Positions 1 to 12,569 of a DNA stretch of 61,831 bases are shown here, piece after piece (within the stretch, counting starts at the first letter, position 1; each line of letters starts with the position of its first letter). Position numbers and translations under genes: made by a program. The notes under the pieces are model-generated. The model was not told the DNA's origin. It searched no databases and saw nothing but the letters and a program-made list of their open reading frames with translations. The stretch spans positions 75,406,965-75,468,795 of the forward strand of contig NC_057719.1 of NCBI RefSeq assembly GCF_004010195.1. The letters run 5' to 3'. This DNA comes from Chiloscyllium plagiosum (Eukaryota).

Positions 1-161
1 GCAACATTTAAGAGGCATTTGGATGGGTATATGAATAGGAAGGGTTTGGAGGGATATGGGCTGGGTGCTGGCAGGGACTAGATTGGGTTGGGATATCTGG
101 TCGGCATGGACGGGTTGGACCGAAGCGTCTGTTTCCATGCTGTACATCTCTATGACTCTAT
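1..161 (+). mobile_element. CR1 LINE 3' end
   Basis: End of ORF2 (ATFKRHLDGYMNRKGLEGYG) plus 3'UTR ending ctctatgactcta. Nearly identical to 49634-49795. Confidence 0.9.
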
Positions 162-849
162 ATGTGTTAATAAATGGGATTACTTAATCTTGTCTCATTC
201 ATTGATTCAGCAACCTTGGTTTACCGAGCCTTTGTTTATTATGGATTAGAATTTCTGCATTCAGGTTTGAAATGATATAAGCTTTCTAATTCTACTTGCA
301 ATGCATACCAATATCTGGTCACTATTTTGTTTGGATAACATCTGCTGTAGCTTACTGAAGCATGTCGCTATTCTTTTAAACCTGCAACCCTACAATCTCT
401 AGCTATATTGTGCACAAAATGTGCATATCATTTTTGGTGTTGCTCACTGTAAGTCAGATGATGCACACACTCACGTTGAATCGTTATCCCATGCAATACA
501 CTGGGCAGTCTGCTGCCATGGTAAAGGTAGTTGGACCACAAATTTAAGGAAGAAAATAATGGAAGAAGTCAGGTTAATCGTTCTTCAAGATGTACATGTT
601 TGGCTGTAACTTCTTCCATGTGAAAGGTGAGCTTAGTCAGGACTGACTGAAGAGCAGGGAAGTTGAGAACATTCTGGAGAATGAAGGACAATAACCAGAA
701 GTCATGGTTCATTTTTGAACTGAAAGTAAAAGCTGAGATCCTGCAGTTAGAGTTCAAGACATTAAAGTTAGTGCTACCTGGATTTTTGACAGCACTATAT
801 CCTTGTGTGCCCATGAGCAGTGAGTTAAGATAGATTAGTGCGGTTGGTG

Positions 850-1320
850 GAGTAATGCTGAAGGTAGGGTTGTCAGCTCCCAGAAAATTGAGTAGATTTT
901 CGGGCAGGAGGGATCAGTATAAGATGAAAGGGTTTGCACCTCGGAGCTTGGATAAATGCCCTAATGGAGTGCAACTGGAGCTTTGGAGAGGCTTTAAACT
1001 AATATGGCACAGGAACGCACCATGTTGAAATAGTACAATGAAGTTAAAAGGCTTGTAGAGGAGTGGAAGAGGTGAACAGCATTAAAATGCAGTTATACAT
1101 ACAAAGATGGTAGAGGTGACTGCGGCTATGCAAGATTGACTAAGATAAAATAACTTATTAAATTTGTGGTGAATAACATTGGTGAGTTACAAGTGCAAAT
1201 TAATGTGGTTATAATATAGTGGTGATAATAGTGCATTGTCTCAAACTAAGGAATTAAGCATTCCTGCTGCAAGATTTGAGGGAAAGAAAGAAGGCACAAG
1301 GAGAGTGGGATAAGGGCATT
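850..1320 (+). mobile_element. Ancient CR1 remnant (ORF1 end / ORF2 start)
   Basis: Degenerate YKxDGLHL-like segment (tataagatgaaagggtttgcacctc) and gctttaaactaatatggca, typical of the CR1 ORF1 end. Confidence 0.4.
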
Positions 1321-1334
1321 TGTTATTCAGAGAT

Positions 1335-1835
1335 GCTAGCGAGTTTTGAGAAGATTTGTAGCTCAGGTTGAGGTTCTGGATGTAGGTTTGCTCACAGAGC
1401 TGGAAGGTTCAATTTCAGATGTTTCGTCACCATGCTCGGTAACATCTTCAGTGATCCTCCAGACGATGCACTGCTGATGATTCATGCTTTCTATTTATAT
1501 GTTTGGGTTTCTTTGGGTTCGTGATGTCATTTCCTGTTCTTTTTCTCAGGGGGTGATAAATGGGGTCCAACTCAATTCTTTGTTGATAACGTTCCTGTTG
1601 GAATCCCATGCTTCTAGAAATTCTTGTGCATGTCTCTGTTTGACTTGTCCTAGGATAGATGTATTGTCCCAGTCGAAGCGGTGTCCTTCCTTATCTGTAT
1701 ATAAGGATACCAGTGAGAGAGAGTCATGTTGTTTTGTGACTAGTTGATGTTCATGTATCCTGTTGGCTAGTTTTCTGCTTGTTTGTCCAATGTAGTGTTT
1801 GTTACAGTTCTTGCACGGTATTTTGTTAATTGTAT
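1335..1835 (-). mobile_element. Penelope-like retroelement 3' fragment (GIY-YIG endonuclease plus terminus)
   Basis: ORF 1546..1884(-): KIPCKNCNKHYIGQTSRKLANRIHEH...FDWDNTSILGQ...EFLEAW. Hammerhead-like core at 1415-1454. Confidence 0.85.
1415..1454 (-). ncRNA. Minimal type I hammerhead ribozyme motif (Penelope-associated)
   Basis: Minus strand reads UCA-CUGAAGA-U-GUUACC-GAGCAU-GGUGAC-GAAAC-AUC-UGA: both core boxes, a 6-bp helix II and UCA/UGA helix I. Confidence 0.65.
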
Positions 1836-1929
1836 CAAAGATACTATTACAATGAAGGAAGAGAGGATATACTTCAGGGTCCAAAGACCACTTCTATATT
1901 GCTTAAGCCTAACTAAACAGGTACACATG

Positions 1930-2105
1930 CAAACAGAAAATACTGGAAAAGCTCAGCAGGTCTGGCAGCACTTGTGGAGAGAAATCAGAGTTAACATTTT
2001 GTCTCCAGTGACCTTTCCTCAGAATGGTCTAGCCAGATCCACTGAGATTTATCCAGCATTTTCTGTTTTTGTTTCTCCTGCATCTGTAGTTCTTTTAGTT
2101 TTTAT
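1930..2105. mobile_element. Palindromic Penelope-terminus-derived repeat
   Basis: acagaaaatactggaaaagctcagcaggtctggc is inversely repeated as gccagatccactgagatttatccagcattttctgt. A decayed hammerhead core (ctgagga...aaaatgtt) lies on the minus strand. Confidence 0.6.
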
Positions 2106-2812
2106 TTAGAATCTGTCTTGCTACTGCTTGTATACAGTTGGCCAGCAAATAGTGGGAAGCAGAGAAACAGTTTTTTGCATTTGGCTTTTTCTTAACAGAT
2201 TGGTTATTGCAGGTTGGTATTTCAATGAAAAATGCGTTCTGCTGTAAAGAGCTACATATGTGACAGATTGCATTGGATGTAACAAATGGCAATGTTTTAC
2301 CCTTTTAGCATTTTAGTGGTTTAAAATTAAAGGGAAATGATGTGTGACTGTCTATAAATGGTCATTAGAAGTATCACTTAAAACCAGTGCATTGCGCAGA
2401 TATCATACTGCATTTGGTTTGACATCTTATGATCTAAATGTTTACGTGCAGTAAATTTAATCATTTATTCATATGCTGTGCACTATTGATTTTCTCAAAT
2501 GCTTTGACTTCTCTATCCTTCTTGTCTCCCTTCCTCTTCTAAACATTCAGTTGGTTACTCCAAGGCTAGAGCCTCACAAAGGGACAAGTTTGTCAATGGA
2601 ATGCTACTTAATGCAGCGGTGGGAAGGAGTGTTGTTTTTGGACAGTCGCTGCCCAGTGAGATATCAATCTGATCCAGTCTGCCTGTTTGAGTTCAGGTAG
2701 ATGCTGAGGATCTCGAGTCCTATTCAAAATAGGACAGATCCATTTGAACACTGCTCTCTATAAACTAATACACTCCCACCCCCCAGAACCTGTTGCTTAT
2801 TTTGAATGGTTG

Positions 2813-4503
2813 CATAGAACATAAAACATAGACCATAGAACATTACAGCGCAGTACAGGCCCTTCAGCCATCGATGTTGCGCCGACCTGTCATACCAATC
2901 TGAAGCCCATCTAACCTACACTATTCCATGTACGTCCATATGCTTGTCCAATGATGACTTAAATGTACTTAAAGTTGGCGAATCTACTACCGTTGCAGGC
3001 AAAGCATTCCATACTCTTACTATTCTCTGAGTATAGAAACTACCTCTGACATATGTCCTATATCTATCACCCCTCAATTTAAAGCTATGCCCCTTCGTGC
3101 TCGCTGTCACCATTCTTGGAAAAAAGGCTCTCCCTGTCCACCATATCTAACCCTCTGATTATCTTATATGTCACTATTAAGTCACCTCTCAACCTTCTTC
3201 TCTCTAACNNNNNNNNNNNNNNNNNNNNNNNNNNNNNNNNNNNNNNNNNNNNNNNNNNNNNNNNNNNNNNNNNNNNNNNNNNNNNNNNNNNNNNNATTTG
3301 CCACCTCCCAGCCCAGCTCTGCAGCTTATCTATGTCCCTCTGTAACCTACAACATCCTTCGTCACCATCCACCGACCTTAGTGTCATCTGCAAATTTACT
3401 AACCCACCCTTCTACGCCCTCATCCAGGTCATTTATAAAAATGACGAATGGCAGTGGACCCAACACCAACCCTTGCGGTACACCACTAGTAACTGGACTC
3501 CAGGATGAACATTTCCCATCAATCACCACCCTCTGTCTTCTTTCAGCAAGCCAATTCCTCCGCATTTTGTACAATAGCCTACTGTGGGGAACCTTATCGA
3601 ATGCCTTGCTGAAATCCATATACACCACATCAATCGGTTTACTCTCATCTACCTGTTTGGTCCACCTTCTGAAAGAGCTCAATAAGGTTTGTAAAGCACG
3701 ACCTACCCTTCGCAAAACCGTGCTGACTATCCCAAATCAAATTATTCTATTGTAGATGATTATAAATCCTATCTCTTATAACCTTTTCCAACACTTTACC
3801 AACAACTGTAGTAAGGCTCACTAGTCTATAATTACCAGGGTTGTCTCTACTCCCCTTCATAAACAAGGGAACCACATTTGCTATCCTCCAGTCTTCTGGC
3901 ACTATTCCTTTAGACAATGGCGATTTAAAGATCAATGCCAAAGGCTCGGCAATCTCCTTCCTGGCTTCCCAGAGGATCCTAAGATAAATACCATCTGGCC
4001 CAGGGGACTTATCTATTTACACACTGTGCAGGATTTCTAATACCGCTTCCTTGTGAACCTCAATCCCACCTCGTCTGGTAGCCTGTATCTCCATATTCTC
4101 CTCGACAACATTGTCATTTTCTAGAGTGAATACTGTCGAAAAATATTCATTTAGTGCTTCCCCTATCTCCTCTGACTCCACACACAACTTCCCACTACTA
4201 TCCTTGATTGGCCCTAATCTTACTCTTGTCATTCTTTTATTCCTTAAACCCCTATAGAAAGCCTTAGGGTTTACCTTGTTCGTATCCGCCAACAACTTCT
4301 CATGTCTCCTCCTGGCTCTTCTGAGCTCTCTCTTTGGGTCTTTCCTGGATACCTTAACACACGCCACCACCTTCCTCTTGACCACAGATTCCACTTCCTT
4401 CGTAAACCACGGCTCCCAGGCTCTACAGCTTCCTCCCTGCCTGACAGGTACATACTTATCTAGGACACACAGGAGCTTTTCCTTGAATAAGCTCCACATT
4501 TCT
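2813..4503 (-). mobile_element. CR1 LINE, 5'-truncated, RT region and 3' tail (contains gap 3209-3295)
   Basis: ORFs 3362..3715(-) ([32 protein letters not shown]), 3747..3941(-) and 4017..4526(-). catagaa microsatellite tail at 2813. Confidence 0.93.
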
Positions 4504-5699
4504 ATATAAGAATCATTGAACACCATTTCTTTTGATTGCCATGTCCAAGTTATGAAAATACTCGTGTGAAATGAGAGGCATATCTTTAGTTCTACTGCTT
4601 TGTCTACTGTAATAACGATGTTTTAATGACTATGCTGTATTTACAAAGTGCAATATGTCACCTGTGTAACACTGCTAGAAAACAAAATGTATATACTCCA
4701 AATAAAATAGAAGCAATAGTTCACTGAAGGAATTCTATTGACATTTATGGTGTAGCTTCCTGAAGCTTTATTAAGCATTTAGTATAGTTGCATGGTAATC
4801 AGCAAAATATGTCATTCCTTCTTTTGGCATGCACATATACCATAGTTTAAATTGTTGCTTGCAGTCACTTTTTACTGCAGAACATAGATATGTTGAATGA
4901 CCTATTGTTTCATGAATGTGGCATCAATTACAAAGACTGATGACCTTTATCCTGGTCCACATAACTCTTCCATCTTTTCCATTGTTGATATGGCTTTTCT
5001 TCCTTCAACTCCGGAAGGTTTTGACAGTAGTATGCTCACATGCATGCCACCACCTGTCTTGCCCATGTGACCACCTTAGCCCAGATGGTTTCAGCAGTGT
5101 ACTTTCGAGCAGGAGGTAACTCAGATAATTATCCTATCCTCCTCCAGTGCCTATGTCTGTAAACGTCCTGGCTTAGCTGGTGCTGGTCAGGAACATGGGC
5201 TGTCAGGTTCTCTTCTCCCTTGCCAGAGTTTTTTTTTCTTAGCCCAAAGAGATTGGCAATTGTGCCATCACCAATTCTTCTGTTGGAATGAACCAAGAAC
5301 TGAGCTCCAATCAGTTCGCTTTCCTGCGTGCAAACATGCTGCAACACAGTGTCATTGTGGAGTTTACTGTAAGATCATTTGTGTGCAGTTTGTTTTGAGC
5401 AACACCAACCTCAGATCAAAAACGCATATTATTTTTGCAATAACTATAATCATCATTTCTCGACTTAGGATTTTCCATGCACCAGCACAATTCCTTTTAT
5501 TCCATCTGCTTCTATTTGTCTCTGTGCATCTGCAGTGCTGCACAATTCCAAGTGCCTTTGTGTACCTCCCTGCCTCTCTCACTTCAAACTCCTGTTTCAG
5601 CGTTGTTTCCATTCTAACACTCTGAGCTGTCTTTCAGAATGTGAGCATCACCCACTCATCCTCTACTGCTGCAGCTGTAATAACTGCTAATGTGCAGTG

Positions 5700-5810
5700 C
5701 TTTATGGATATTTTCTAATCAGCCTGTTAGGGATGTTATTGTACCCCTCTGAGCAGTTGGGACTTCTGGCTCAGAGGCCGAGGCGCTATCACTGTGCCGC
5801 AAGAGCCCTT
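5700..5810 (-). mobile_element. Short tRNA-headed SINE-like remnant
   Basis: Minus strand agggctcttgcggcacagtgatagcg... has an A-box-like head. Confidence 0.4.
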
Positions 5811-6374
5811 AGACCTACTGAGAGAGGGGTGGTGCAGAGCTGGTGCTGCTAATAAGATTGTAGTTATGATTAAATGCAAAACAAGGTATTGAAAGCTTCA
5901 AGTAGTTACAGCAGTATAAATGTGAAGGTTAGTAATGAATTGATATGTGGTAATCTGAGTGAGATGCTATCCCACAGAGTTGCGCTCATATACTGCTTTA
6001 TCGCAGATCAAAAATGTCACATTGAGTTATTGTGCAGACAAGTGCACAACTTACATAAGATCCCATTGTGTACAGATGAATGGCAAGTGGATCTGTTTTT
6101 TAGTGCGATTTTGAGGCAGGAATATTGACCAATGCAGGGTAAGCTCCCTGGTGTTAAATTGTGCCAGAGTTAGTCGCCCTCCATTTTAAGCAGGTAAACG
6201 GACAGTGTTTGTGCCTTCCCTAATGTTGCTTCCTTGGTTATGTTCTGAACTTTTAACTTAGATTCCATGGTAGTGTTGGATCTTTAAATCCATTACCCTC
6301 CTGACTCTGAGCTGTGCTTGCTACCAACCAGGCCAAGTTGCCACATGACACCCTTGGCTTAGACTTGTCCTTTA

Positions 6375-9300
6375 TAGAATCCTGGAGCTGTACAGCATGG
6401 AAACAGACCCTTCAGTCCAACTTGTCCATACCTACCAGATATCCTAAATTAACGTAGTCCCATTTGGCACCATTTGACCCAGATCCCTGAAATTAAATCA
6501 ATAGCTATAAACAAAATAGGGTCAGATGCTGTGGAATCTCTGTGGGTGGAGTTGAGGAACTGCAAAGGTAAAGACAAAACCATGATGGGAGTTATTTACA
6601 GGCCTCCAAACTGGAGCCAGGATTTGGGGCATAAGATACACCAAGAAATAGAAAAGGCTTATAGGAAAGGCAAGGTTACAGTGATCATGGGGGATTTCAA
6701 TACACAGATGGACTGGCAATATCAGTTTGGTGGTGGATGACAAGAAAAGGAGTTTGTGGAATGTCTTCGGGATGGCTTTTTGAAGCAGCTTGTGGTGGAG
6801 CCCACTAGGAAAGAGGCAATTCTGGATTTAGTGTTGTGCAATGAGGCAGACTTGGTAAGGCAGCTTGAGGTGAAGGAACTCTTAGGAGGCAGTGACCATG
6901 GTATGATGGAATTTACTCTCTAATTTGAGAGGGAGAAGGTGGAATCAGATGTAACTGATTTACAGTTGAATAAAGGCAAGTACAGAGGCATGAGGGAGGA
7001 GCTGACCAAAATTGACTGCGAGAGGAGCCCAGCAGGAAAGATAGTGGAATAGCAATGGCAGGAGTTTCTGGGATTAATTTGGGAGAGACAGCAGAGATTA
7101 ATTCCAAGGAAAAAGAAGCGTGTCAAAGGGACAATGAGGCAAACGGAGCTGACCAGGGAAGTCCAGGACAGTATAAAAGCAAAAGAGAAAGCATTTGATG
7201 TGGCGAAGGGCAGTGGGAAGCCTTCAAAGACCAACAGAGGACAACAAAGAAAGAAATAAGGATGAAAATGATTAAATATGAAGGTAAGCTAGCCAGTAAT
7301 ATTAGGGAAGATTGCAAGAGTTTCTTTAGATATATAAAGGGCAAAGTGGACATTGTGCTGCTGGCAAATGATGCTGGAGAACTGGTAATGGGGAACAAAA
7401 AAATGGCTGAGGAACTGAATGAGTACTTGGTGTCAGTTTTCATGATGCAAGACACAAGCAGTATCCCAAAAATTCGAGAGAGCTGGGGACAGAACTGAGC
7501 ATGGTGGCCATCACCTAGGAAAACTGAAAGGTCTGAAAGTGGACAAATCGCCTGGAGCAGATGGGCTATGGCAGAGAGTCCTGAAGGAGATAGCTGAAAA
7601 GATACTGGAGCCTTTAGTAGTGATCTTTCTGGTATCACAGGAGTCAGGGAGGGTGCCAGAGGACTGGAAAATTGTTAATGTAACACCCCATTTAAGAAGA
7701 GAGTAAGGCAAAAGATGGCAAATTATAGGTCAATTAGCTTGACCTCAGTCGTTGGTAAGATTTTGGAGTCCATTGTGAAGGATTAAATTTCTGAATACTT
7801 TGTTATTTTATTCAATTGTAGATCAGTTACATTCCATCTTCTCCCTCCCAAATTACAGAGTAAATTCTATGCATGGTAAAATTGGGCAAAGTCATCAAGG
7901 GAAGGTCATGCCTGACAAATCGGTTAAAGTTCTTTGAGAAGGTGATGAGCACGTCAGACCAAGGAGAGCCAATGGATGTTATCTATCTGGACTTCCAGAA
8001 GGCCATTGAGAAGGTGCTGCACAGGAGACTACTGAGTAAGATAAGGGCCTATGGTGTTAGAGGCAAGGTACTAGCATGGATAGAAGATTGGCTGTCTGGC
8101 AAAAGGCAGAGAGTGGGCATAAAAGGGTTCTTCTCAGTATGGAAGCCAGTGACTAGTGGTGTTCAACAAGGATCAGCGTTGGGACCACAACTTTTCACCT
8201 TATACATTAATGCTCTGGATAAAGGAACTGATGGCATTGTGGCTAAGTTTGCAGATAATACAAAGATAGGTAGCTGGATAGGTACTATTAAGGAAGCGGG
8301 AAGGTTGCAGAAAGATTTAGACAGGTTAGCAGAGTGAGCTAGGAAGTGGCAGAATGAAATACAGCATGGGAAAGTGTGAGGTTGTGCAATTTGGTAGGAA
8401 GAATAGAGGCCTGGACTATTTTCTAAATGAGGATGAAATTCAGAAATCTGGAGTACAAAGGGACTTGGGAGTCCTGATCCAGGACTCTGTTAAGGTAAGC
8501 TTGCAGGTTGAGTTGGTAATTAGGAAGGCAAATACAATGTTGTCATTCATCTTGAGAGGAGTAGAATATAAGAGCAGAGATGTCCTTCTGAGGCTTTATA
8601 AGACTCTAGTCATACCATATTTAGAGCAATTCTGGGCCCCATACTTCTGATGTATTGGCTCTAAAGTGGGTGCAGAGGGCGTTCACAAGAATGATCCCAG
8701 GAATGAAAGGCTTAACATGAGGAACGTTTGAGGACTCTGGGACTATACTCGATGGAGTTTAGAAGGATGTGAGGGGGGACTGACTGAAACTTTTGGAATA
8801 CTGAGTGGTCTGGATAGAGTGGACATTGGAAAGATGTTTCCATTGGCTGAAGAGGCTAGGACCCAAGGGCACAGCCTTACAGTAAAGGGAAGACCCTTTA
8901 GAATGGAGATAAAGAGAAACTTCTTTACCACAGAGGGTGAATCTTTAGAATTCATTGCCACAGAAGGCTGTGGAGGCCAGGTCATTGAGCATATTTAAGA
9001 CAGAGATAGATACGTTTTTGATTGCCAAGGGGATCAAAGGTTATGGGGAGAAAGCACGAAAATGGAGGTGAAAAACCCCTCAGCCATGATTGAATGGCGG
9101 AGCAGACCTGATGGGTCTAATGGCCCAATTTCTGCTCCTTCCTATTCATCCAGATGCCTTTTAACTGTTGTAAAGGTACCTGCCTCTTCCACTTTCTCTG
9201 GCAGCTCATTCCATACATGTACCACCGTTTGTGTGGAAAAAGTTACCCTTTAGGTTCCTTTTAAACCTTAAACCTATGCCCTCTAGTTTTGGACTCCCCC

Positions 9301-9610
9301 CACCCTGGGGAAAAGAGCTCGTCTATTCACCCTATCCATGCCCCTCATGATTTTATAAACCTCTATCAAGTCACCCCACAGCCTCCGATGCTCCAGGGAA
9401 AGCAGACCCAGCCTCTCCTATAGTTCAAAATCTCCAACCCTGGCAAATCCTTGTAAATCTTTTCAAGTTTAATGGTATACTTCCTAAAGCAAGGAGCCCT
9501 GAATTGAACACAGTATTCCAAAAGTGGCCCTACCAACGTCCTGTACGGCTGCAACATGACCTCTCAACTCCTCTGCACTAACCAATAAAAGCAAGCATAC
9601 CAAACGCCTT
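6375..9610 (-). mobile_element. CR1 3' fragment split by a nested + strand CR1 (pieces about 6375-6488 and 9140-9610)
   Basis: The tail piece stops at ...atttgacccagatccct and resumes at cctattcatccagatgcc..., collinear with intact copies such as 24965-25640. ORF 9366..9557(-). Confidence 0.75.
6489..9139 (+). mobile_element. CR1 LINE ORF2 (APE endonuclease plus RT), degraded
   Basis: ORF 6474..6740 (ESLWVEL..GVIYRPPN..MGDFN), 7873..8337 (YLDFQKA..SGVQQGSALGP..KFADNTK) and 8354..8650. Many stops and frameshifts. Confidence 0.93.
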
Positions 9611-10379
9611 TTTTTGTGTTAAGAGTTAAGGTAGCTCATAGCGTTTAGTGTCTCAAGCAAGTGAGAGGCAACTCTCATAATCCAGCAGTGACTGTTCAAG
9701 TATCTTTGTAATGACTTTCATTAAAATGCTTTATTACATGGTTTTATTAAGATTAAATCTAAATCTATCTGAACCAACAGGAAGCTCATGTTTGTACGAG
9801 TTTGATTTTAAAAACTCACTTGTGGTTTCATAAAGTTATGAGTTATCATATGAGCAAGTGCAGATAATTCTGATTTATGGCTGTGACGTGGTTTTTGTTT
9901 CAAGTGTACAATAATGAGACTGCACATATTCCTGTTTTGAGATTCAAAAGACATTTGTTAGCATTATCCTCTGGGTCAAACTGAGGGTCAACACAATCAT
10001 TGGAATGGATGTGTTATAAATAACCTTATGATTGTGATATTCCTGTAAAATGTGAAGAATAAGAAACATGGCTGAGGGGAACAAATACGTGAGTAGAGGT
10101 ATGAAGTTGGCATTTCTTTGTTTCATGTTGTGTTTTGACCTATTTGCATTGTTTAAATGATAAAAGGATAAAAAGGGTTTGTTAGTTAGACATGGAAGAA
10201 ACCACTTTGTGTGGTGCTCCAGAAAAAGGAGTGATTTTAATCTTGGAGCTGGACTAATTTTGAGTATAATCAAGGAGCGTTTTCTCTAGGTTCGTAAGAA
10301 TATGGAGCGCTCTTCCTCCAAAATACAAAGGTTGTTCAGTTAATTGAAATATTCAAGATTGTGATGCTAGATTCATGAA

Positions 10380-10470
10380 ATCAGAAATGGAAAGTGCTGG
10401 CGAAACTCCTCATCTGTGGTGAGAGGGTCAGAATTAATGTTTCAAGTCCAGTGTGATTCCTGTTCAGAAC
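10380..10470 (-). mobile_element. Decayed Penelope terminus fragment
   Basis: Similar to 1930-2025 (gtgctggcgaaactc..catctgtgg..ttaatgtttcaagtccagtgtga). Confidence 0.45.
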
Positions 10471-12569
10471 CCACGATTTGTCCTGGCTAAAGAAGTGGAG
10501 TAAAGGCAGGAAATCGAGGTGAGATCCAGACCAGCGGTAATTTAATTAATAGCAGGATACCTTGCAGGGTCTAATTGCTCCACTCCTGATCTTGTGTTCC
10601 AAAGCTTTATCCATAAAGAGTAGCTTGTGCGTCACTCAGGTATGAGGCCGTCAGAACTAATTAGATCTACATCTAAAAATACCAGCACAAATGATGAGCA
10701 AATAAACCACCTCCTTGAATGTGTAGTGACAATTAATTTCTTTCTAAAGTTGTAACATTTTTGTTATTTGTGTGCGCAATTATATTCGTAGATAAAAACA
10801 AATCTTGTAAGTTCTAGTTCACCTACTGATCCTTGGAGAATTTCTATAAATTGTAGAGATGTTCTGCGTCAGCCTGCTGAAGTTGCTGATCTAAACCACT
10901 GAAGATTTTAACAACACAATTTACAGGTTCTATAAATAAACCTGATGTAGTAAAAGATCTGTGGAGAATTATGGAAACCAATGGGACTGCATTTAGAGAG
11001 GTTCAGTTTGTTCTCACACGCTCACGTCCCACACGCCAGCTAACCAGCTCTCGTTCCAAGCATCAATGTCGGGAACCCAATTGATTGCTTTAGAGTGAGC
11101 CATCCAGTGCTTTCTCAGAGAACGTTTCATCTTCGAGCTGCTAGCTCCTCTGTAGTCCCAACAATGCTGCCTGGAAGTTAGGACCATCCATGTGACTACA
11201 AGCAGCCCCATCTCACCAAGGAGCCTAGGTCAGCCCAGACTCGGGATCTCATTTTGTAGCGGCAAGGGGCAAGTATTCTTGAAGAACCGGCATTGAGAAG
11301 CCAGAAGAGGGGAAGTTACAGACGAGCTCCGGGGAAAGGTGTTTTCAGCGGATGTAATGAATCTCAAAGGAGGTTCCGACAAATTTCTTTCACTGTTCTC
11401 CCTCCACCCCCATACCCACCCACACTCCTTTGCCTGACACCAACCCATGCTGCTAAATGCAATCCCAGCTTTCGCCATGATGTGGTGTCCCCCTTGCCAT
11501 GAAGTAGGACCGGTGGATGAACTTCTTAAGCGACAACCAATAGGCTTTGAGGGTGAGTTACCGTCCCAAACTTTTCCTGCCTCTGTAAAATTTTGAGGCA
11601 GTGCAGGTTGGTAATTCATGGGAATCCACCCCCATCTCTGTCTTCCAAATGCAGCCCATTAAAGAATAGGACATGCAACACTGGCTTTTTATAGAGCCTT
11701 TTGGGGGTAAAAATGTTTGGGGAGCAGATTCGAGAGCAATGAGCCCTGTCCTCTGAAGGCAAGGACCAGAATTGGAACAAACCACATTTCAGAAGGTTGC
11801 AGGACTAGATGACGTTACAGAGACTGGAAGGGAGCAGGTCATGGGAAGATCGAAAATAGCCTGAGCCTTACAAATAAAAGCTAAATGTTGCTTTTAAGAT
11901 AAAGGACATTCATTTGTTTTTATCCAAAACATAACTATTGATGAAACAGCATTCCAAGGATGCTAACTGTAGCATCAGAGTTCTGGAAAATCGACCAAGT
12001 GGCAAAGGTTTTTCCTCCTCTCCAGTAGCTGCTGCTTTCTACTGGAAAAGTAATAAAAGTGAATCCTGTGGCAAATTTCAGATCAGTTGCCTTTGTCTAT
12101 CGAAATGAATTGGCTTACTTAAAATCCTGTTTTGCGGACATTCAGTTTTGCAGTGACCTTTTGTAGTTATTGAAGAGGCACCTAGTTACACAATTCATAC
12201 AATAATAAAACACAGAGGCCATTCAGCTGATGGCACCCATTTCTTTCTCCTGATTTCCGCCAGCCTAGAAATTATTTTTGCAAAACTTATTTGTTTGAAA
12301 CTTACTAATGAATTTGTCTTCATCGCTTTTTTAAAATTCTGAATCATTGTAACTTGTTGCAATTTTAAAACCAGGCTGCCTGTTTTTCAACCTCTTCATT
12401 GTCCTCTGCTTACTGATCTTACTGCCACTGAAACAATTTCTCATTATTTACTCAATTCTTCATAATTTTGAACTTTTCTGCTGAACCTCTCTTTAAGGAG
12501 CGAGGTTGAACCTGCACTGCTTTAAGGATGACAACCTCAGCTTATCCAATCTCTCCAGATAACTGAAGT

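Noticed and set aside
2199-2260. Candidate COX16 exon 2 after a pyrimidine tract and AG (also near 21399)
   Set aside because: The translations do not resemble the expected LLIVGGSFGLREF..RYD segment.
6489-9139. Active autonomous LINE
   Set aside because: Multiple stops, frameshifts, a deletion and an internal insertion of about 70 bp (7800-7870). No intact ORF2 exists anywhere in the window.
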